From Candidatus Freyarchaeum deiterrae (GTDB lineage Archaea; Asgardarchaeota; Jordiarchaeia; Jordiarchaeales; Jordiarchaeaceae): a stretch of 64,000 nt of DNA. The stretch is taken from positions 2,976,001 to 3,040,000 of the forward strand of contig CP147778.1 in assembly GCA_037305845.1 (NCBI GenBank), read 5' to 3'. A model generated the notes under the pieces. The model was given only the letters and a program-made list of their open reading frames with translations. It ran no database searches and was not told the DNA's origin. Made by a program: the position numbers and the translations under genes. This document shows, piece by piece, positions 1 through 11,021 of this stretch. Numbering within the stretch: the first letter of the stretch is position 1; every line of letters begins with the position of its first letter.

Positions 1-1
1 A

Positions 2-124
2 GTAGGGAAAGAAAATTTAACCTCTCGCAGAATGCTGGAGGGACTAGAAAATTTTGCAATTTCTGACGAAGGGGAATATGATAAAAATAAGAACTGGTTA
101 AAATACAGGAAAAAGCTTGACTGA
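2..124 (+). CDS. 3' end of a gene running in from the left edge, possibly a GNAT acetyltransferase
   Basis: Frame 2 is open to TGA at 122-124: VGKENLTSRRMLEGLENFAISDEGEYDKNKNWLKYRKKLD. The V-x3-N-x2-S-x2-M-x-E-x-L pattern resembles GNAT motif B. Confidence 0.4.
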   Translation, partial: VGKENLTSRRMLEGLENFAISDEGEYDKNKNWLKYRKKLD

Positions 125-240
125 ACAATCTTTAGTAACTCGAAAAAATTATTGAAAAAATAAACTTGGAATAATTTAAAAGGAAATTAAACCTTCTATT
201 CCAAAAATGTGATAGCTCGATAAATCATTAATTAATCAGG

Positions 241-1119
241 ATGGTAACACGATTGGTTGAAAAAGTTGAAGCTTCCAGCCTTCTTAATGAAGGTAAAGAA
301 TACCTTAAAAAAGAAGATTACAAAAAAGCCGAAAATAAATTTCAGGAAGCCTTAAACCAATTCTCAAAAGAAAATAATTTGAATGGTGTCGCCGAATCAG
401 AAACATATCTAGGAGTAGTTTTGCAGAATCAAAACAAGTTGTCGAAGGCAAAAGAGCACTTTGAAAAAGCTCTCAAACTCCACGAAGACTTGGATTATAA
501 ACAAGGAATTTCCAGAGTCTACACTAACTTGGGTAATCTTACCCTAGTAATGTCCAAAGATTTCGATAAGGCTCTTGAACTTCATCAAAAAGCTCTAGAT
601 ATTTCAAAAAAAGCCCGAGACGATGCAGGAAGGTCAAGAGTTCTGACGAATATTGGCTATGTTCAATTTAGACAGCAAAAGTTAGAAGAAGCATTAGAAA
701 CACTTAAAGAGGCTTTAGAACTAGCTAACAAAGCCGGTCATGAGCTCACCCAAGCGACTGCACTGTCCAATATGGGAATAATACTTTTTGATATGAAACG
801 ATACGAGGAAGCTCTTGAAAAGCACGAGGAAGTAGCAAAAATATTCGAAAAATGGGGAAACAAAAAAAGGTTAGCAATAGAACACAGACAGATGGGGTTT
901 ATACTAGAAAAACTGAATCGCTTCAACGAGGCAGAGGAGCACTACAAGGCTGCAGAGAAACTCTACGGAGAAGTCGGATTGAAAAAAGAGAAGAAAACGA
1001 TGAAATCCATGTCGAAGGCTTCGAAGACCCGTATGAGAAAATGTCCGTCATGCGGTACAATCATCCTATTGCCCAAGTTGAAGTACTGCCCTAATTGCAA
1101 CAAAGACTTGAAAACCTGA
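241..1119 (+). CDS. TPR-repeat protein (MalT-like TPRs) with C-terminal zinc ribbon
   Basis: Repeated N-L/I/M-G...A...AL ~40-aa units; C-terminal CPSCG...CPNC. Confidence 0.9.
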   Translation: MVTRLVEKVEASSLLNEGKEYLKKEDYKKAENKFQEALNQFSKENNLNGVAESETYLGVVLQNQNKLSKAKEHFEKALKLHEDLDYKQGISRVYTNLGNLTLVMSKDFDKALELHQKALDISKKARDDAGRSRVLTNIGYVQFRQQKLEEALETLKEALELANKAGHELTQATALSNMGIILFDMKRYEEALEKHEEVAKIFEKWGNKKRLAIEHRQMGFILEKLNRFNEAEEHYKAAEKLYGEVGLKKEKKTMKSMSKASKTRMRKCPSCGTIILLPKLKYCPNCNKDLKT

Positions 1120-1266
1120 ATATTCTATTTACAACCAAGCGAATAACTCAGGAAAAACAAATATTTTTGGAAAATTAAAAAAATACTCGGACACAAATTT
1201 TGTATTACATAACTAACTGTTAAGCAAAATTATTTCGTATTCTAATTATGCTGGAAGGTTTGGTGG

Positions 1267-1683
1267 ATGAGTTCTTCAAACGCTAGTGAAAAAACTCCAA
1301 GAATCGCGGTTGATGCAATAATACTCAAGGATGATTGTGTGGTTTTAATAAAACGAAAGAATCCCCCCTTTCAAGGCCATTACGCTCTTCCTGGAGGCTT
1401 TGTAGAAATCGGAGAATTTGTTGAGGAGGCTGTAGTGAGAGAGGCGAAGGAAGAAACGGGACTGGATGTTCAGGTGGAACGCTTCTCAGGAATCTATGAT
1501 AATCCAAAACGTGATCCCCGAGGACATGTTATAAGCATAGCATACCTTTGTAAGGTAGTAGGTGGGGAGCTCAAAGCGGGCTCAGATGCTAAGGACGCAA
1601 GTTGGATACTGGTAAAAGAAATTAAAAAAATAAAATTAGCCTTTGACCACGCACAGATACTCGCAAACGCGGGAATAGTCTAG
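1267..1683 (+). CDS. NUDIX hydrolase (ADP-ribose pyrophosphatase-like)
   Basis: Nudix box GGFVEIGEFVEEAVVREAKEETGL; RDPRGH and LAFDH motifs. Confidence 0.95.
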   Translation: MSSSNASEKTPRIAVDAIILKDDCVVLIKRKNPPFQGHYALPGGFVEIGEFVEEAVVREAKEETGLDVQVERFSGIYDNPKRDPRGHVISIAYLCKVVGGELKAGSDAKDASWILVKEIKKIKLAFDHAQILANAGIV

Positions 1684-1738
1684 TAGCTTTTGAACAATTT
1701 TCTCTGTGTTTTGTTTTTCAATTAGTATTATGATTCTT

Positions 1739-3250
1739 CTAAATGCTAGAGTTGATTCCGTAAACTATCATAGTGGGAAGTCCGGTCCTATAATCAGGAA
1801 TCACTAATTCTTTATAGTAGAGAGGGTTGGACTCTAAATCTGATAGAATCGGTATTGGTACGTAATCATAGAGGCTTATGAAAACCGCGCGCACGTAACC
1901 ACTTTTCGCCCAGCCATCCATCCATTCCGGGAAATTTGGGGTAAACACGCAAAGTCTATCGGTGTAGATTCTAACCATCGGGTACACGTTGGTGATTATT
2001 AGCTGCCACGGCGGCGTTGTGTATTTTAGATAATCATAAACTGGTATAGGATTGTATACTTCCGAGTTAGTGCGAACAAAATATACTCCCATAAATCCTA
2101 CAGAAATGTTGATGATCACTAATAAAATGGCGAGTTTCTTGCTTTTCATGAAAATGTTTTTCGAACGCGATTTAATAGCTTGACTTCTTTCTTTGTACTC
2201 ATCCGTAAGGAGCATGGTTAAACCCAAACCGGTGAGAACGCTGAAGGCGGGAAGTGAGCTTTGATTATACCTGAACAGGTCTACAAGCCTCGAGTTACTC
2301 ATTAGAATAAAGTAAAGCAACATGGATGAGAGTATCCAGAATATCAGGGTTTTATCCGCAACGCTCTTTTTACTTTTTAATGTGAAGTAAAAGTATGGGA
2401 ACAGTAAACTAGGAGTGAAAATAGGGAGCACCGCATATAACGCTGATTCCGAATAGAACGAAACAAAGTCTAACAGCGTTGGCGGGACGAACGGGTTAGT
2501 ATATATTGTTCTGATATAAGTTTGTGTTGAGGCGAAAAAGAGTTTCAACATTCCTAACCAATCTCCGGTGACAATTTCGCTGTAAAACAACCAGGGAAAT
2601 AGTGTTAGGAAGGCACAGATTATTCCCAAATAAAACCATGGAGACTTGAAGGTTTTTTTGGCATTCTTGGAAAAAAATATGTAAAACAAACCCACGAACA
2701 GGACGCTGCCCCCTGGGTACCTGGACAGAAAACTTAGGGTGAGGAAAATTCCTGCTGGCACATAGTATTTAGGATTTTTCTGAGCTCTAACTATAAACAG
2801 AAGGAACAATGCTGAAATCAAAATGAAAGGTACTTCGCTAAGGATACCCCAACAAATAACGATAAATGTGACGCCGCAGCTCAGCGCCAATGCGGAAAAT
2901 TTGCCCACCGTAGAACTATACATTTCTTTTCCCAAAAGATAAACCGCATAGACCCCTCCAATTGAAATTAGAAAAGAAACTTCTTGTGCAACTATTACGC
3001 TAGGCGTTGTAATCAGGTAAGCTAAATAAATGCTGAAATACAATACAGGGACTCTTGAAAAGTCTAGCAAAACTTGGAAAGGCTGCCAACAGTAAAAGCC
3101 GAAATAATAAAAATCGCTTGCCATATTAGAATATACCGCCTCATCCCATGATAGAGAAATGGGAAAGGCTGAAAGTACTCCTCTGATTCCGTTAACAACT
3201 ATGATAATAATAATTGCCCAGTCTATTTTTGAGCGCAGCGTTCCAAGCAT
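1739..3250 (-). CDS. GT-C fold glycosyltransferase (GT39/ArnT/PMT-like), polytopic membrane protein
   Basis: WDEAVY after the first TM helix, many hydrophobic helices, SE and RY motifs. Confidence 0.85.
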   Translation of the reverse strand: MLGTLRSKIDWAIIIIIVVNGIRGVLSAFPISLSWDEAVYSNMASDFYYFGFYCWQPFQVLLDFSRVPVLYFSIYLAYLITTPSVIVAQEVSFLISIGGVYAVYLLGKEMYSSTVGKFSALALSCGVTFIVICWGILSEVPFILISALFLLFIVRAQKNPKYYVPAGIFLTLSFLSRYPGGSVLFVGLFYIFFSKNAKKTFKSPWFYLGIICAFLTLFPWLFYSEIVTGDWLGMLKLFFASTQTYIRTIYTNPFVPPTLLDFVSFYSESALYAVLPIFTPSLLFPYFYFTLKSKKSVADKTLIFWILSSMLLYFILMSNSRLVDLFRYNQSSLPAFSVLTGLGLTMLLTDEYKERSQAIKSRSKNIFMKSKKLAILLVIINISVGFMGVYFVRTNSEVYNPIPVYDYLKYTTPPWQLIITNVYPMVRIYTDRLCVFTPNFPEWMDGWAKSGYVRAVFISLYDYVPIPILSDLESNPLYYKELVIPDYRTGLPTMIVYGINSSI

Positions 3251-3554
3251 TTAACTCACCATGAAATATACGTAAAATGTTCATTCCCCCATAAAAATTC
3301 TTCTGCACTTCTTATGTTAAAAATACTAGACAGTGAAAGGGGTCTCAAAAAACAGTATATAAATGTTAACATAGAGCATCTAGATTTAATGTACAGTCCA
3401 AAACGAGGGGCTGTTTTGTAGTTTATTATTTAGCCCAAATCATAGATGTATCGAAAGATTTTCTTAGGGCGAGGTTGACGAAAAGCATAGAGGAGATTTT
3501 TAACATAAAGAAAACGGCGAAAATAACAAAAACGGCGATGGGAACGATACAGAT

Positions 3555-4433
3555 ATGAAAAAATCTTACCAGAAAATTAGTCCCACTGCTAAACTCGTAG
3601 CGTACCTCAGAACGTTTACCGATATTCCGTTCGCCAAAGAGATAGCAGCGGAGAGCGGAGCGGAGAAAACTTTTCAAGAACTAACTGGTGGAAGCGCAAA
3701 ATCAATTGTTCGAGCTCCTGTATGGGAGGCGCGTTACAAGACTACTGATCGGATTCTTGTACAACGTAGCATAACTCAAATTTTAGAAATTGCCGCTGGG
3801 CTTTCACCTCGTGGTTTAGCAATGACCAAAAACCCAGATGTAGTTTATGTGGTTACGGATTTACCGCAGATTCTCGAGCAAGAAGAAGCTATTGCCAAAG
3901 CAATACTCGCAAGATTAAATAGTCGCCGTCCAAATCTCCATTTTCAGGTCGCAAATGCTCTTGATAGGGAAAGTTTATCGAGGGCGGCAGTCCCTTTTAA
4001 ATCCAATCGGCCTATAGCAATTATTACTGAAGGATTACTTCCCTATCTTAACCGTGGAGAAAAAGAAGTCTTAGCGGGCAACATTCACGAGCTTCTTGGA
4101 AAATACGGTGGAGTATGGATTACGTCGGACGTCAACACCAAACAGTTCATGGAAAGAATTTCTCAAGTGGACGAGAATGTGCAACGACGGCTAAGCAGAC
4201 TTTCTAGCTTTACGGAAAGTAACCTTGAGAGCAACCTTTTTGCCGACAAGAATGACATACTACAGTTTTTCAACAAAGCTGGATTTAATATAGAGGAATA
4301 CCCACATTCAAACGTTTATGAAGATTTATCTTCGGTAAAACTCTTGAATCTCAATCAGGAGGAGCTGCTAAGGATACAACAAGGACTTAAAATAGTTAAA
4401 ACTTTAATTCTGACACCGCGAAATACAACATAG
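3555..4433 (+). CDS. Class I SAM-dependent methyltransferase (LCM-like)
   Basis: ILEIAAGLSPRG, TDLP and ITEGLLPYL motifs. Confidence 0.85.
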   Translation: MKKSYQKISPTAKLVAYLRTFTDIPFAKEIAAESGAEKTFQELTGGSAKSIVRAPVWEARYKTTDRILVQRSITQILEIAAGLSPRGLAMTKNPDVVYVVTDLPQILEQEEAIAKAILARLNSRRPNLHFQVANALDRESLSRAAVPFKSNRPIAIITEGLLPYLNRGEKEVLAGNIHELLGKYGGVWITSDVNTKQFMERISQVDENVQRRLSRLSSFTESNLESNLFADKNDILQFFNKAGFNIEEYPHSNVYEDLSSVKLLNLNQEELLRIQQGLKIVKTLILTPRNTT

Positions 4434-4623
4434 AGCCGCTGCTTCAAGTCAGTTTGCCGTCAAAGAAAAACTTGAAATTGTTTACTGAACTTTTGTTTGT
4501 ATTTATTAAAAACAATAAGCTGACACAACCGAGAAAGCAAATATTAGCTTTAATCAACTGAAACAGCTTACAGATAAAGCTTTAAGATAGCTTAGACGGA
4601 TATTTCTGTTATGGTGGGTAAAA

Positions 4624-5451
4624 ATGGCTAAGAAAAAAGAAGGAAAGGCTACCAAAGAAGAAGGAAAAAGATGGATAATTAAAAACGTGTTACTATTAGT
4701 AGTCTTCTTCATAGTGAGTATGCTTTATAGTTACGTAACTGCATTCGAGTCTTCGCCACATGTACAATTCACGCCGATTGACTGGTCAATTCCTCTTTAT
4801 CCACCAGCCGTCGTCATTTACCTTTTCGTGTTCTACAGCTTCTTGTTCTTCGCTCTAGTCTACTATGCATTTATTCAGAGAGCTTACTTCAATCAATTGA
4901 TTATATCACTGATCGTCATAGAACTAATAGCAAGCATTGTATATGTCATCTATCCCACAATTATGATTCGACCCTACTGGGCACCTACCAGCCTTTCAGA
5001 TTGGATACTCTGGAGTAATTTGTTAAGCCCTCAATATATTTACAATTGGCTACTGTATGATTCTATTCAATTAAACTCAGGGCCGTTTAACTGGATGCTC
5101 TGGAATGTCTACGCGCATGACACGCCTCTAAACTGCTTCCCGAGCCTTCATGCAGCGGTGTCAACCATGGTAGCTTTCGGATTCTGGCAGGAAAAACGAA
5201 AATACGGCTGGGTATCCTGGCCCATAGCAATAGCTGTAATAGTTTCCACCTGGCTCGTGAAACAGCATGTTATCGTTGATTCAATATTTGGAGCCGCACT
5301 CGCACTAGCTGTGGGTTACATCTTCTACAAAAAAGTGTTTACAACACCAGAAACTCCACCGCAAAAATCAAAGTTATGGCAACTCACACTTATTCTAATC
5401 GTGGCAGAAATAGCAATGATTCTCTACATAAGTGGGACATATCTTCTATAG
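4624..5451 (+). CDS. PAP2-family membrane phosphatase/phosphotransferase (AUR1/PAP2_3-like)
   Basis: NCFPSLHAA and KQHVIVD motifs; multiple TM helices. Confidence 0.85.
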   Translation: MAKKKEGKATKEEGKRWIIKNVLLLVVFFIVSMLYSYVTAFESSPHVQFTPIDWSIPLYPPAVVIYLFVFYSFLFFALVYYAFIQRAYFNQLIISLIVIELIASIVYVIYPTIMIRPYWAPTSLSDWILWSNLLSPQYIYNWLLYDSIQLNSGPFNWMLWNVYAHDTPLNCFPSLHAAVSTMVAFGFWQEKRKYGWVSWPIAIAVIVSTWLVKQHVIVDSIFGAALALAVGYIFYKKVFTTPETPPQKSKLWQLTLILIVAEIAMILYISGTYLL

Positions 5452-5665
5452 GCATACTCCCACAGAGGGTATTTCCCCTTTTTTTAGTCAAAGAAGTTTT
5501 AATTCGATATCCAAATTGCAATGAAACTTTTTTCGCGAATTCAAACTGTAACTAAATGCAAATAATCAAAATTATAGTCGTATTTTACAGATTTGATTAA
5601 GACAATAAGTTGAGGGGGTTAAGTATATTTTAATTCTTTGTTTACGTCTTAGCTAGTGATGTAAG

Positions 5666-6082
5666 ATGCCTGACTGGGTAGAAATCAGTAAGAAAACTAA
5701 TGAAATACTTAATAAGATGATTCCCGAGGAAGGAGAGATTCTTTTCAAGGAACTATGCTCCTGTCAGACAGAAGAAGATTTTAATGATGGACTGCTGGTA
5801 TTCACAAATCGTAACATTATCTTCATCAAGAGGGATAGCTTTGAGCCTCAGTACGCTGTTGAATTACGCTCTCCTATCGAAAACATTTGCTACTTATCTT
5901 ACTCGGGTACTTTCTATCAAACAATTGAAATTGAAGTAAACGTTGACGGTTGCCCGAAAGCATTCAGCTTTATGGACTTTTCAACACACGTAGAAGGCGC
6001 AAGAAAAATATCCGAAATCCATGATGAACTCCAAAAAATAATCGAAAAAGTTACCGGAAAAAAACTAACTCCTAGTTCTTAA
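5666..6082 (+). CDS. Hypothetical protein, PH-like domain candidate
   Basis: E-x-IL...GLLVFTNRNIIFI pattern, beta-rich core and C-terminal helix, as in prokaryotic PH domains. Confidence 0.55.
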   Translation: MPDWVEISKKTNEILNKMIPEEGEILFKELCSCQTEEDFNDGLLVFTNRNIIFIKRDSFEPQYAVELRSPIENICYLSYSGTFYQTIEIEVNVDGCPKAFSFMDFSTHVEGARKISEIHDELQKIIEKVTGKKLTPSS

Positions 6083-6224
6083 CCAATTAGTTTGCTATTT
6101 TACGCTAAAAAGTTTTTAGTTCAAAAATTAATCTAAAGTTGAGAAAATTTATAATCTCTGGATACGAATTTCTGATGGGAATAATTGTTAGCTTATTTTA
6201 TTCAAAATAAAGAGAGTGTAAGCA

Positions 6225-6701
6225 ATGTCTTGGGATAAAGAGCCGGAAGACGATTTTGAAAGATGGATGTACCATATGATGAGAAGATTTTGGAAAAGGT
6301 CTCCAAAACAGTATATTTTTGATTTCCCCTTCGGATCCCTGCGCTTTGAACCCCCATCCTTTGAAGCTAAAAGCGAAGCTAGAAGCATATATGCCGATAT
6401 GAAAGAAACCGACAACGAAATTATAATTGAAGCCGAGCTGCCGGGAGTAAAAAAAGATGACATAAACATTAACGCCACAGAAAACAGCGTGGAAATCACA
6501 GCCGAAGCGAAAACAGAAGAAACGGAGGAGGAACGGGATTACATTCGTAAAGAGAGAGGAGAAAAAAAATTTTTCCGCGCCTTCACATTACCCGCAGAAG
6601 TTAACCCCGAAAATTCAAAGGCAACCTACAAAAACGGCATACTGGAATTAAGATTACCAAAGAAAGAAACAAGGGGGAAAAGATCAATTAAAATAGAATA
6701 A
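6225..6701 (+). CDS. hsp20: Small heat shock protein (Hsp20/alpha-crystallin)
   Basis: AELPGVKKDDI, FFRAFTLPAEV, KATYKNGILEL. Confidence 0.95.
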   Translation: MSWDKEPEDDFERWMYHMMRRFWKRSPKQYIFDFPFGSLRFEPPSFEAKSEARSIYADMKETDNEIIIEAELPGVKKDDININATENSVEITAEAKTEETEEERDYIRKERGEKKFFRAFTLPAEVNPENSKATYKNGILELRLPKKETRGKRSIKIE

Positions 6702-6768
6702 ACTCGAAAATACTAACTACGATCCTTTTTCTAAGAATATTTATGATTACAGATTGTTAGACCATTTT

Positions 6769-7197
6769 TTATTCTCCAATAATTTGGAGAATCACATTTC
6801 TATTTCTAGGTTTCACGTCCAACTCTACAAAAACAATCTGCTGCCAGGTACCCAACATGAGCTTCTTCTGAGTGAAAGGAACCGTTAGACTCGGGCCTAG
6901 GATTGATGCTCTGCAGTGACTATGGCCGTTTCCATCATGCCATCTTAACTCATGTTCATAGTCAATGTTCTTTGGTGAAATTCTCTCCAAAATTCTGGGA
7001 AAATCTTTTAGCAAACCGGGCTCGTATTCGATTGTGGTAACGGCTCCGGTGGCACCCGGGATAAAAACAGTTACGATTCCGCTTATTACTTTCGATTCCG
7101 AAACAGCTTTTTGAACCATATCTGTAATATCCACAATCTGAACTTCACCTTGAGTTGAAAAACTAATTTTCTTGGTTTCAACTGTCAACGCAAACAC
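6769..7197 (-). CDS. yjbQ: YjbQ/UPF0047 family protein
   Basis: HDGNGHSH...GPS and LGTWQQIVFVELD motifs. Confidence 0.93.
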   Translation of the reverse strand: MFALTVETKKISFSTQGEVQIVDITDMVQKAVSESKVISGIVTVFIPGATGAVTTIEYEPGLLKDFPRILERISPKNIDYEHELRWHDGNGHSHCRASILGPSLTVPFTQKKLMLGTWQQIVFVELDVKPRNRNVILQIIGE

Positions 7198-7653
7198 CCC
7201 CGATAATCAAAACAAATATAGTCTTTGTTTTAAACTTGGTACAATTTAAAAATATTGCAAAAAGATAAATAAAAAACAGCTTTCGTTATTCTATTCCCTC
7301 ATCTCTCCTCACTTAAGAGAGTTGGGTTTCCTTATGGAATTGTTTGTGAATGCTTTGATGAAGGTTAGAGCCGCAAAAATAGACCACTTGTGGGAAAATT
7401 CCCACTTTTTAAACTTTTTCAAAAGTTGGAAAAATATAACGGAAACGTATTTAAATACAAATTAATCTATACTAAATATAGCTACAATATAATTGTAACA
7501 TATTGCGAAAAACGCAACAGCTGCAAGTGAGAAAACTCGAGAAACAAAACTGTAAATCAATTCTACCAAAAAATCGTTGTGATAAACAAATTTCAAGAAA
7601 TTCGAGAGTTTTCAATGAAACTGAAAATAAAAAATTTAGTGTTGGGTGATGTT

Positions 7654-8034
7654 ATGCCTAAGAAATGGAGAGAAGAACTTGAAGGATTATTGAAAGCGAT
7701 GGCTGATGCAGACCCCGATGTAGTAGCATCTGCTGTGGTCAGAACCGACGGTTTGGTTATGGCTTCTGCACTACCAAAGGATGCCGATGAAGGATTAATT
7801 GCCGCAATGAGTGCGGCACTGCTCAACATTGGAAATCGAGCGGTGAGCGAGCTTGATCGAGGAAATCTCGACAAGGTTATAGTAAGTGGAACAAAGGGAG
7901 ACACTATTCTCCGTGGTGTTGGTACTGAAGCAGTCCTATCTGCCATTACGAAATCTGGTGCCAACATGGGTCTGGTCCTGGTTGAGATGCAGAGAACCGC
8001 TACCAAAGTTGCAGATGTACTTCGTTCGATGTAA
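7654..8034 (+). CDS. Roadblock/LC7 (MglB-like) protein
   Basis: SAVVRTDGLVMAS...IAAMSAALL...ELDRG...NMGLV. Start moved to ATG 7654, which follows a GGGTGA RBS; the ORF track starts at 7579. Confidence 0.93.
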   Translation: MPKKWREELEGLLKAMADADPDVVASAVVRTDGLVMASALPKDADEGLIAAMSAALLNIGNRAVSELDRGNLDKVIVSGTKGDTILRGVGTEAVLSAITKSGANMGLVLVEMQRTATKVADVLRSM

Positions 8035-8168
8035 AACCACGAACTAAAATTTAGCCCTTAAAAAACTCATAAATAAATTTTCGGAGTTTTTTTCCTTTTT
8101 TTATTTTTAATACATATTACCAGACAAAAAAGTAAATTCTTGAAAAATACTAATTATGGGGTAGTAGC

Positions 8169-8459
8169 GTGAGTACAAAAATCGTCTTGGAAAGGTTGAA
8201 GGAGCTTCTACAAGAGTTGGATATTGAGGACCTGGATCACTTGGATGACAAGTTAGAGAATTGCTGGGAGGAATGCAGGAAGAAAGAACACGACTTAGCG
8301 ATTTCCCAAGACTTGGTAGTTGAGAATAGAAAAATACTGCAGGAAATATCTATAGCCATCGAAGTGTACCAAGCCGGCGCAATAGACTCTGAAAGATTAC
8401 AAGAAATCAAAAAAAACCTATTAAAAAATAAAAACACCAAATATGTATCCAGTATCTAA
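8169..8459 (+). CDS. Small helical/coiled-coil hypothetical protein
   Basis: 96-aa charged helical ORF with an upstream GGGG RBS-like sequence. Confidence 0.65.
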   Translation: MSTKIVLERLKELLQELDIEDLDHLDDKLENCWEECRKKEHDLAISQDLVVENRKILQEISIAIEVYQAGAIDSERLQEIKKNLLKNKNTKYVSSI

Positions 8460-8467
8460 GATAAGTT

Positions 8468-9655
8468 TTAAACAATGGTTTTTGTGCTGCTTTTTTCATG
8501 GAGGATGTTTTGTAATTCTATTACGTTTTGGTCATATTTGGGCAAATATTTATCAATAATTTCAATTTCTTTTAGGATTGTCTCGTAATACTGTTCTAGA
8601 ACTGGACTATTAAGGTAGTCTGCCGCTTCTCTCATTGCTTTAACGGTTTCCTCTACCCTTTTATGAGCACTATATGCCAGAAGAATTTCGTTTCTGGCTT
8701 CTACCAGTCCGAACTCAAGATCCTGAAGCGAAAAGCTTGCTGGAATTAACTCTTCTAAAGGTGTTTCAGACCTTATGAATGATTGAAGTTTTTTACCAGC
8801 GTCTTCTACGCTGCCCCAAAGCATGGTTAAAATTTGAAGAAGAGATCCTGAAACACACTCGAACACCTTCGCCCTACACTTAACAAGTATAATTAAATCT
8901 CGTTTCGACAGTTTAATCGTTTCCGAAAACTGCCTAAGGTTATCTAGTGAAAGGTTTAATTTACCGACTAGAACTTGATTTATATGACTTACCAGATTCC
9001 TTAAATTGGCTGCTAATTTAGCAAACTCATTAATTACTCCAGAAATTTGATTTACACAAATAGAAATATCTCTTTCATCTTGCACGATTGAGAAGCACAG
9101 ATCTATTTTGTTTTGAATTTTATTCCAATAGTTTTTCTGTTTTTCAACCTCTTCAATAAATGTATTGAGCGCATCCGATTTCAAAATAGTAGACACTTCT
9201 CTGAGGCGGTCCAACTTTTCAATCGTATTAGCCGTAATTCTTTCAAACTGCGGATAGATTAATTCCTCTATGGCCCTCATTTGAAATTTCAGAAAGTCCA
9301 AGTCGATTGTATCGATCTTAATAATGTTCTCTAGATTATTTTTTTGACTAATAATTCCAGAATAATCTTTGACACCAAGAGACAAAACCAGGTTATAAAA
9401 AAATTCCAAGCCCTTAATAATCCCATCAACATAATCTTCAAAGAACAATGCCAATCTTGACACAGCATCGGCTGAACTCTGGAAAGATTCAGTTAAATGT
9501 CCAAATTCATATTTCTTAAGCGATTCCCCTACTCTTGAGGCGAAGTCTCTGTTCACAGAATAAATCGAGAAAACTATTTCCGATGCTATCCTGTAAATCG
9601 ACTCTAAAAGACCTTTAACCTCTTCATCCGACTCTAACAGGATAACATCCCCCAC
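8468..9655 (-). CDS. Unknown all-alpha protein, paralogue 1 of 3
   Basis: 395 aa; collinear homology with 9843-11021 and 11222-12379 (FSIYSV, DFLKFQ, LVKCRAK, LWGS, YLNSPVL). Confidence 0.85.
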   Translation of the reverse strand: MGDVILLESDEEVKGLLESIYRIASEIVFSIYSVNRDFASRVGESLKKYEFGHLTESFQSSADAVSRLALFFEDYVDGIIKGLEFFYNLVLSLGVKDYSGIISQKNNLENIIKIDTIDLDFLKFQMRAIEELIYPQFERITANTIEKLDRLREVSTILKSDALNTFIEEVEKQKNYWNKIQNKIDLCFSIVQDERDISICVNQISGVINEFAKLAANLRNLVSHINQVLVGKLNLSLDNLRQFSETIKLSKRDLIILVKCRAKVFECVSGSLLQILTMLWGSVEDAGKKLQSFIRSETPLEELIPASFSLQDLEFGLVEARNEILLAYSAHKRVEETVKAMREAADYLNSPVLEQYYETILKEIEIIDKYLPKYDQNVIELQNILHEKSSTKTIV

Positions 9656-9842
9656 TTTAATTATTCTATGTTATCTATATGATAATTAAACATTATTCTT
9701 GTATTTATAACTTGTTGCGAAAAACTACCAATTTTCTAAAGAATTTGCGAAAACCTAGAAAAGTTGAAAAAAAAATATTATAAATTAGCTAAATCTATCT
9801 CTCAAATTGGCTCGTCTCCTAAATTATTCTACTCGAAAGTTG

Positions 9843-11021
9843 TCATTCACTCTTCTCGATTGGTTCTACGCTTTTTCCATAGAGGCTATTTTGTAATTCT
9901 ATTATTTTTTGGTTATATTTAGGAAAATAATTATCAATAATTTCAATTTCTTTTACGATTATCTCGTAATACTCAGCTAGAACTGGACTATTAAGGTAGT
10001 CTGCCGCTTCTCTCATTGCTTTAACGGTTCCTTTTACCCTTTTATGAGCCCTATCCACTAGGAGAATTTGGTTTCGAGCCTGTACCAATCCAAACTCAAG
10101 ATCCTCAAGTGAGAGGTTTGGTGGAATTAAATTTTCTAATGGTGTTTCAGACCTTACGAGTGATTGGAATTTTTTACGAGCATTTTCTTCGCTGCCCCAA
10201 AGCATGGTTAAAATTTGAATGAAAGACCTTCCAAGATATTCAGCTCCCTTCGCTCTGCACTTCACAAGAATAATCAAGTCTTGGCTTAACTGTTTAATTT
10301 TTCCCGAAATCTGCTTGAAGTTATTTACAGAAAGTTCTAGTTTACCGCCCAGAAGCTGATTTAGATGACTTGCAAAACTTCTTAAATCGTCTGCAAAGAA
10401 AATAAGCTCATTAATTATCTCAGAAATTTGATTTATACAAATGGAAATATCTGTTGCTTTTTCAAAAATCGAGAAGCACAATTTTATTCTCTTTTGAATT
10501 TTATCCATTTTTTCCTTTTGTTTTTCAAACCCCTCTATAAATATATGGAGTCTATCCGATTCCAAAAAAGCAGACATCTCTCTAAGCAGCTCAAATTTTT
10601 GAATGATATCCGCTATACTTCTTTCGAACGGTGGGTAGATTAATTCCTCCGTGTTTCTCACTTGAAATTTGAGAAAGTCTAAGTCAATCTTATCAGGCTG
10701 AATAATTTGCTCCACCCTATTTCTTCGACTAAGAACTTCAGAATATTCTTTGATGCCGAGAGCAAAAACCAGATTAGAAAAAAATTCCAAGCCCTTAACA
10801 AAGGCCTCAATATAATTATCAAAAAATGATATCCATTTTGCCACAGCATCAGCTGAATTCTGGAAAGCCTCAATTAAATACCCAAATTCGTATTTTCCAA
10901 GCGATGCACCTACCCTTGAAGCAAAATCTTTATCCACAGAATAGATCGATAACATTAATTCTGATTCTATCCTAAAAATCGACTTTAAAAGATTTTCAAC
11001 TTCGCTTTCCGAATTTCCCAT
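9843..11021 (-). CDS. Unknown all-alpha protein, paralogue 2 of 3
   Basis: 392 aa; same motifs as its neighbours. Confidence 0.85.
   Translation of the reverse strand: MGNSESEVENLLKSIFRIESELMLSIYSVDKDFASRVGASLGKYEFGYLIEAFQNSADAVAKWISFFDNYIEAFVKGLEFFSNLVFALGIKEYSEVLSRRNRVEQIIQPDKIDLDFLKFQVRNTEELIYPPFERSIADIIQKFELLREMSAFLESDRLHIFIEGFEKQKEKMDKIQKRIKLCFSIFEKATDISICINQISEIINELIFFADDLRSFASHLNQLLGGKLELSVNNFKQISGKIKQLSQDLIILVKCRAKGAEYLGRSFIQILTMLWGSEENARKKFQSLVRSETPLENLIPPNLSLEDLEFGLVQARNQILLVDRAHKRVKGTVKAMREAADYLNSPVLAEYYEIIVKEIEIIDNYFPKYNQKIIELQNSLYGKSVEPIEKSE

Noticed and set aside
3326-3336. CTAGACAGTG resembling an IS6 terminal repeat
   Set aside because: An isolated 10-mer with no partner repeat or transposase trace.
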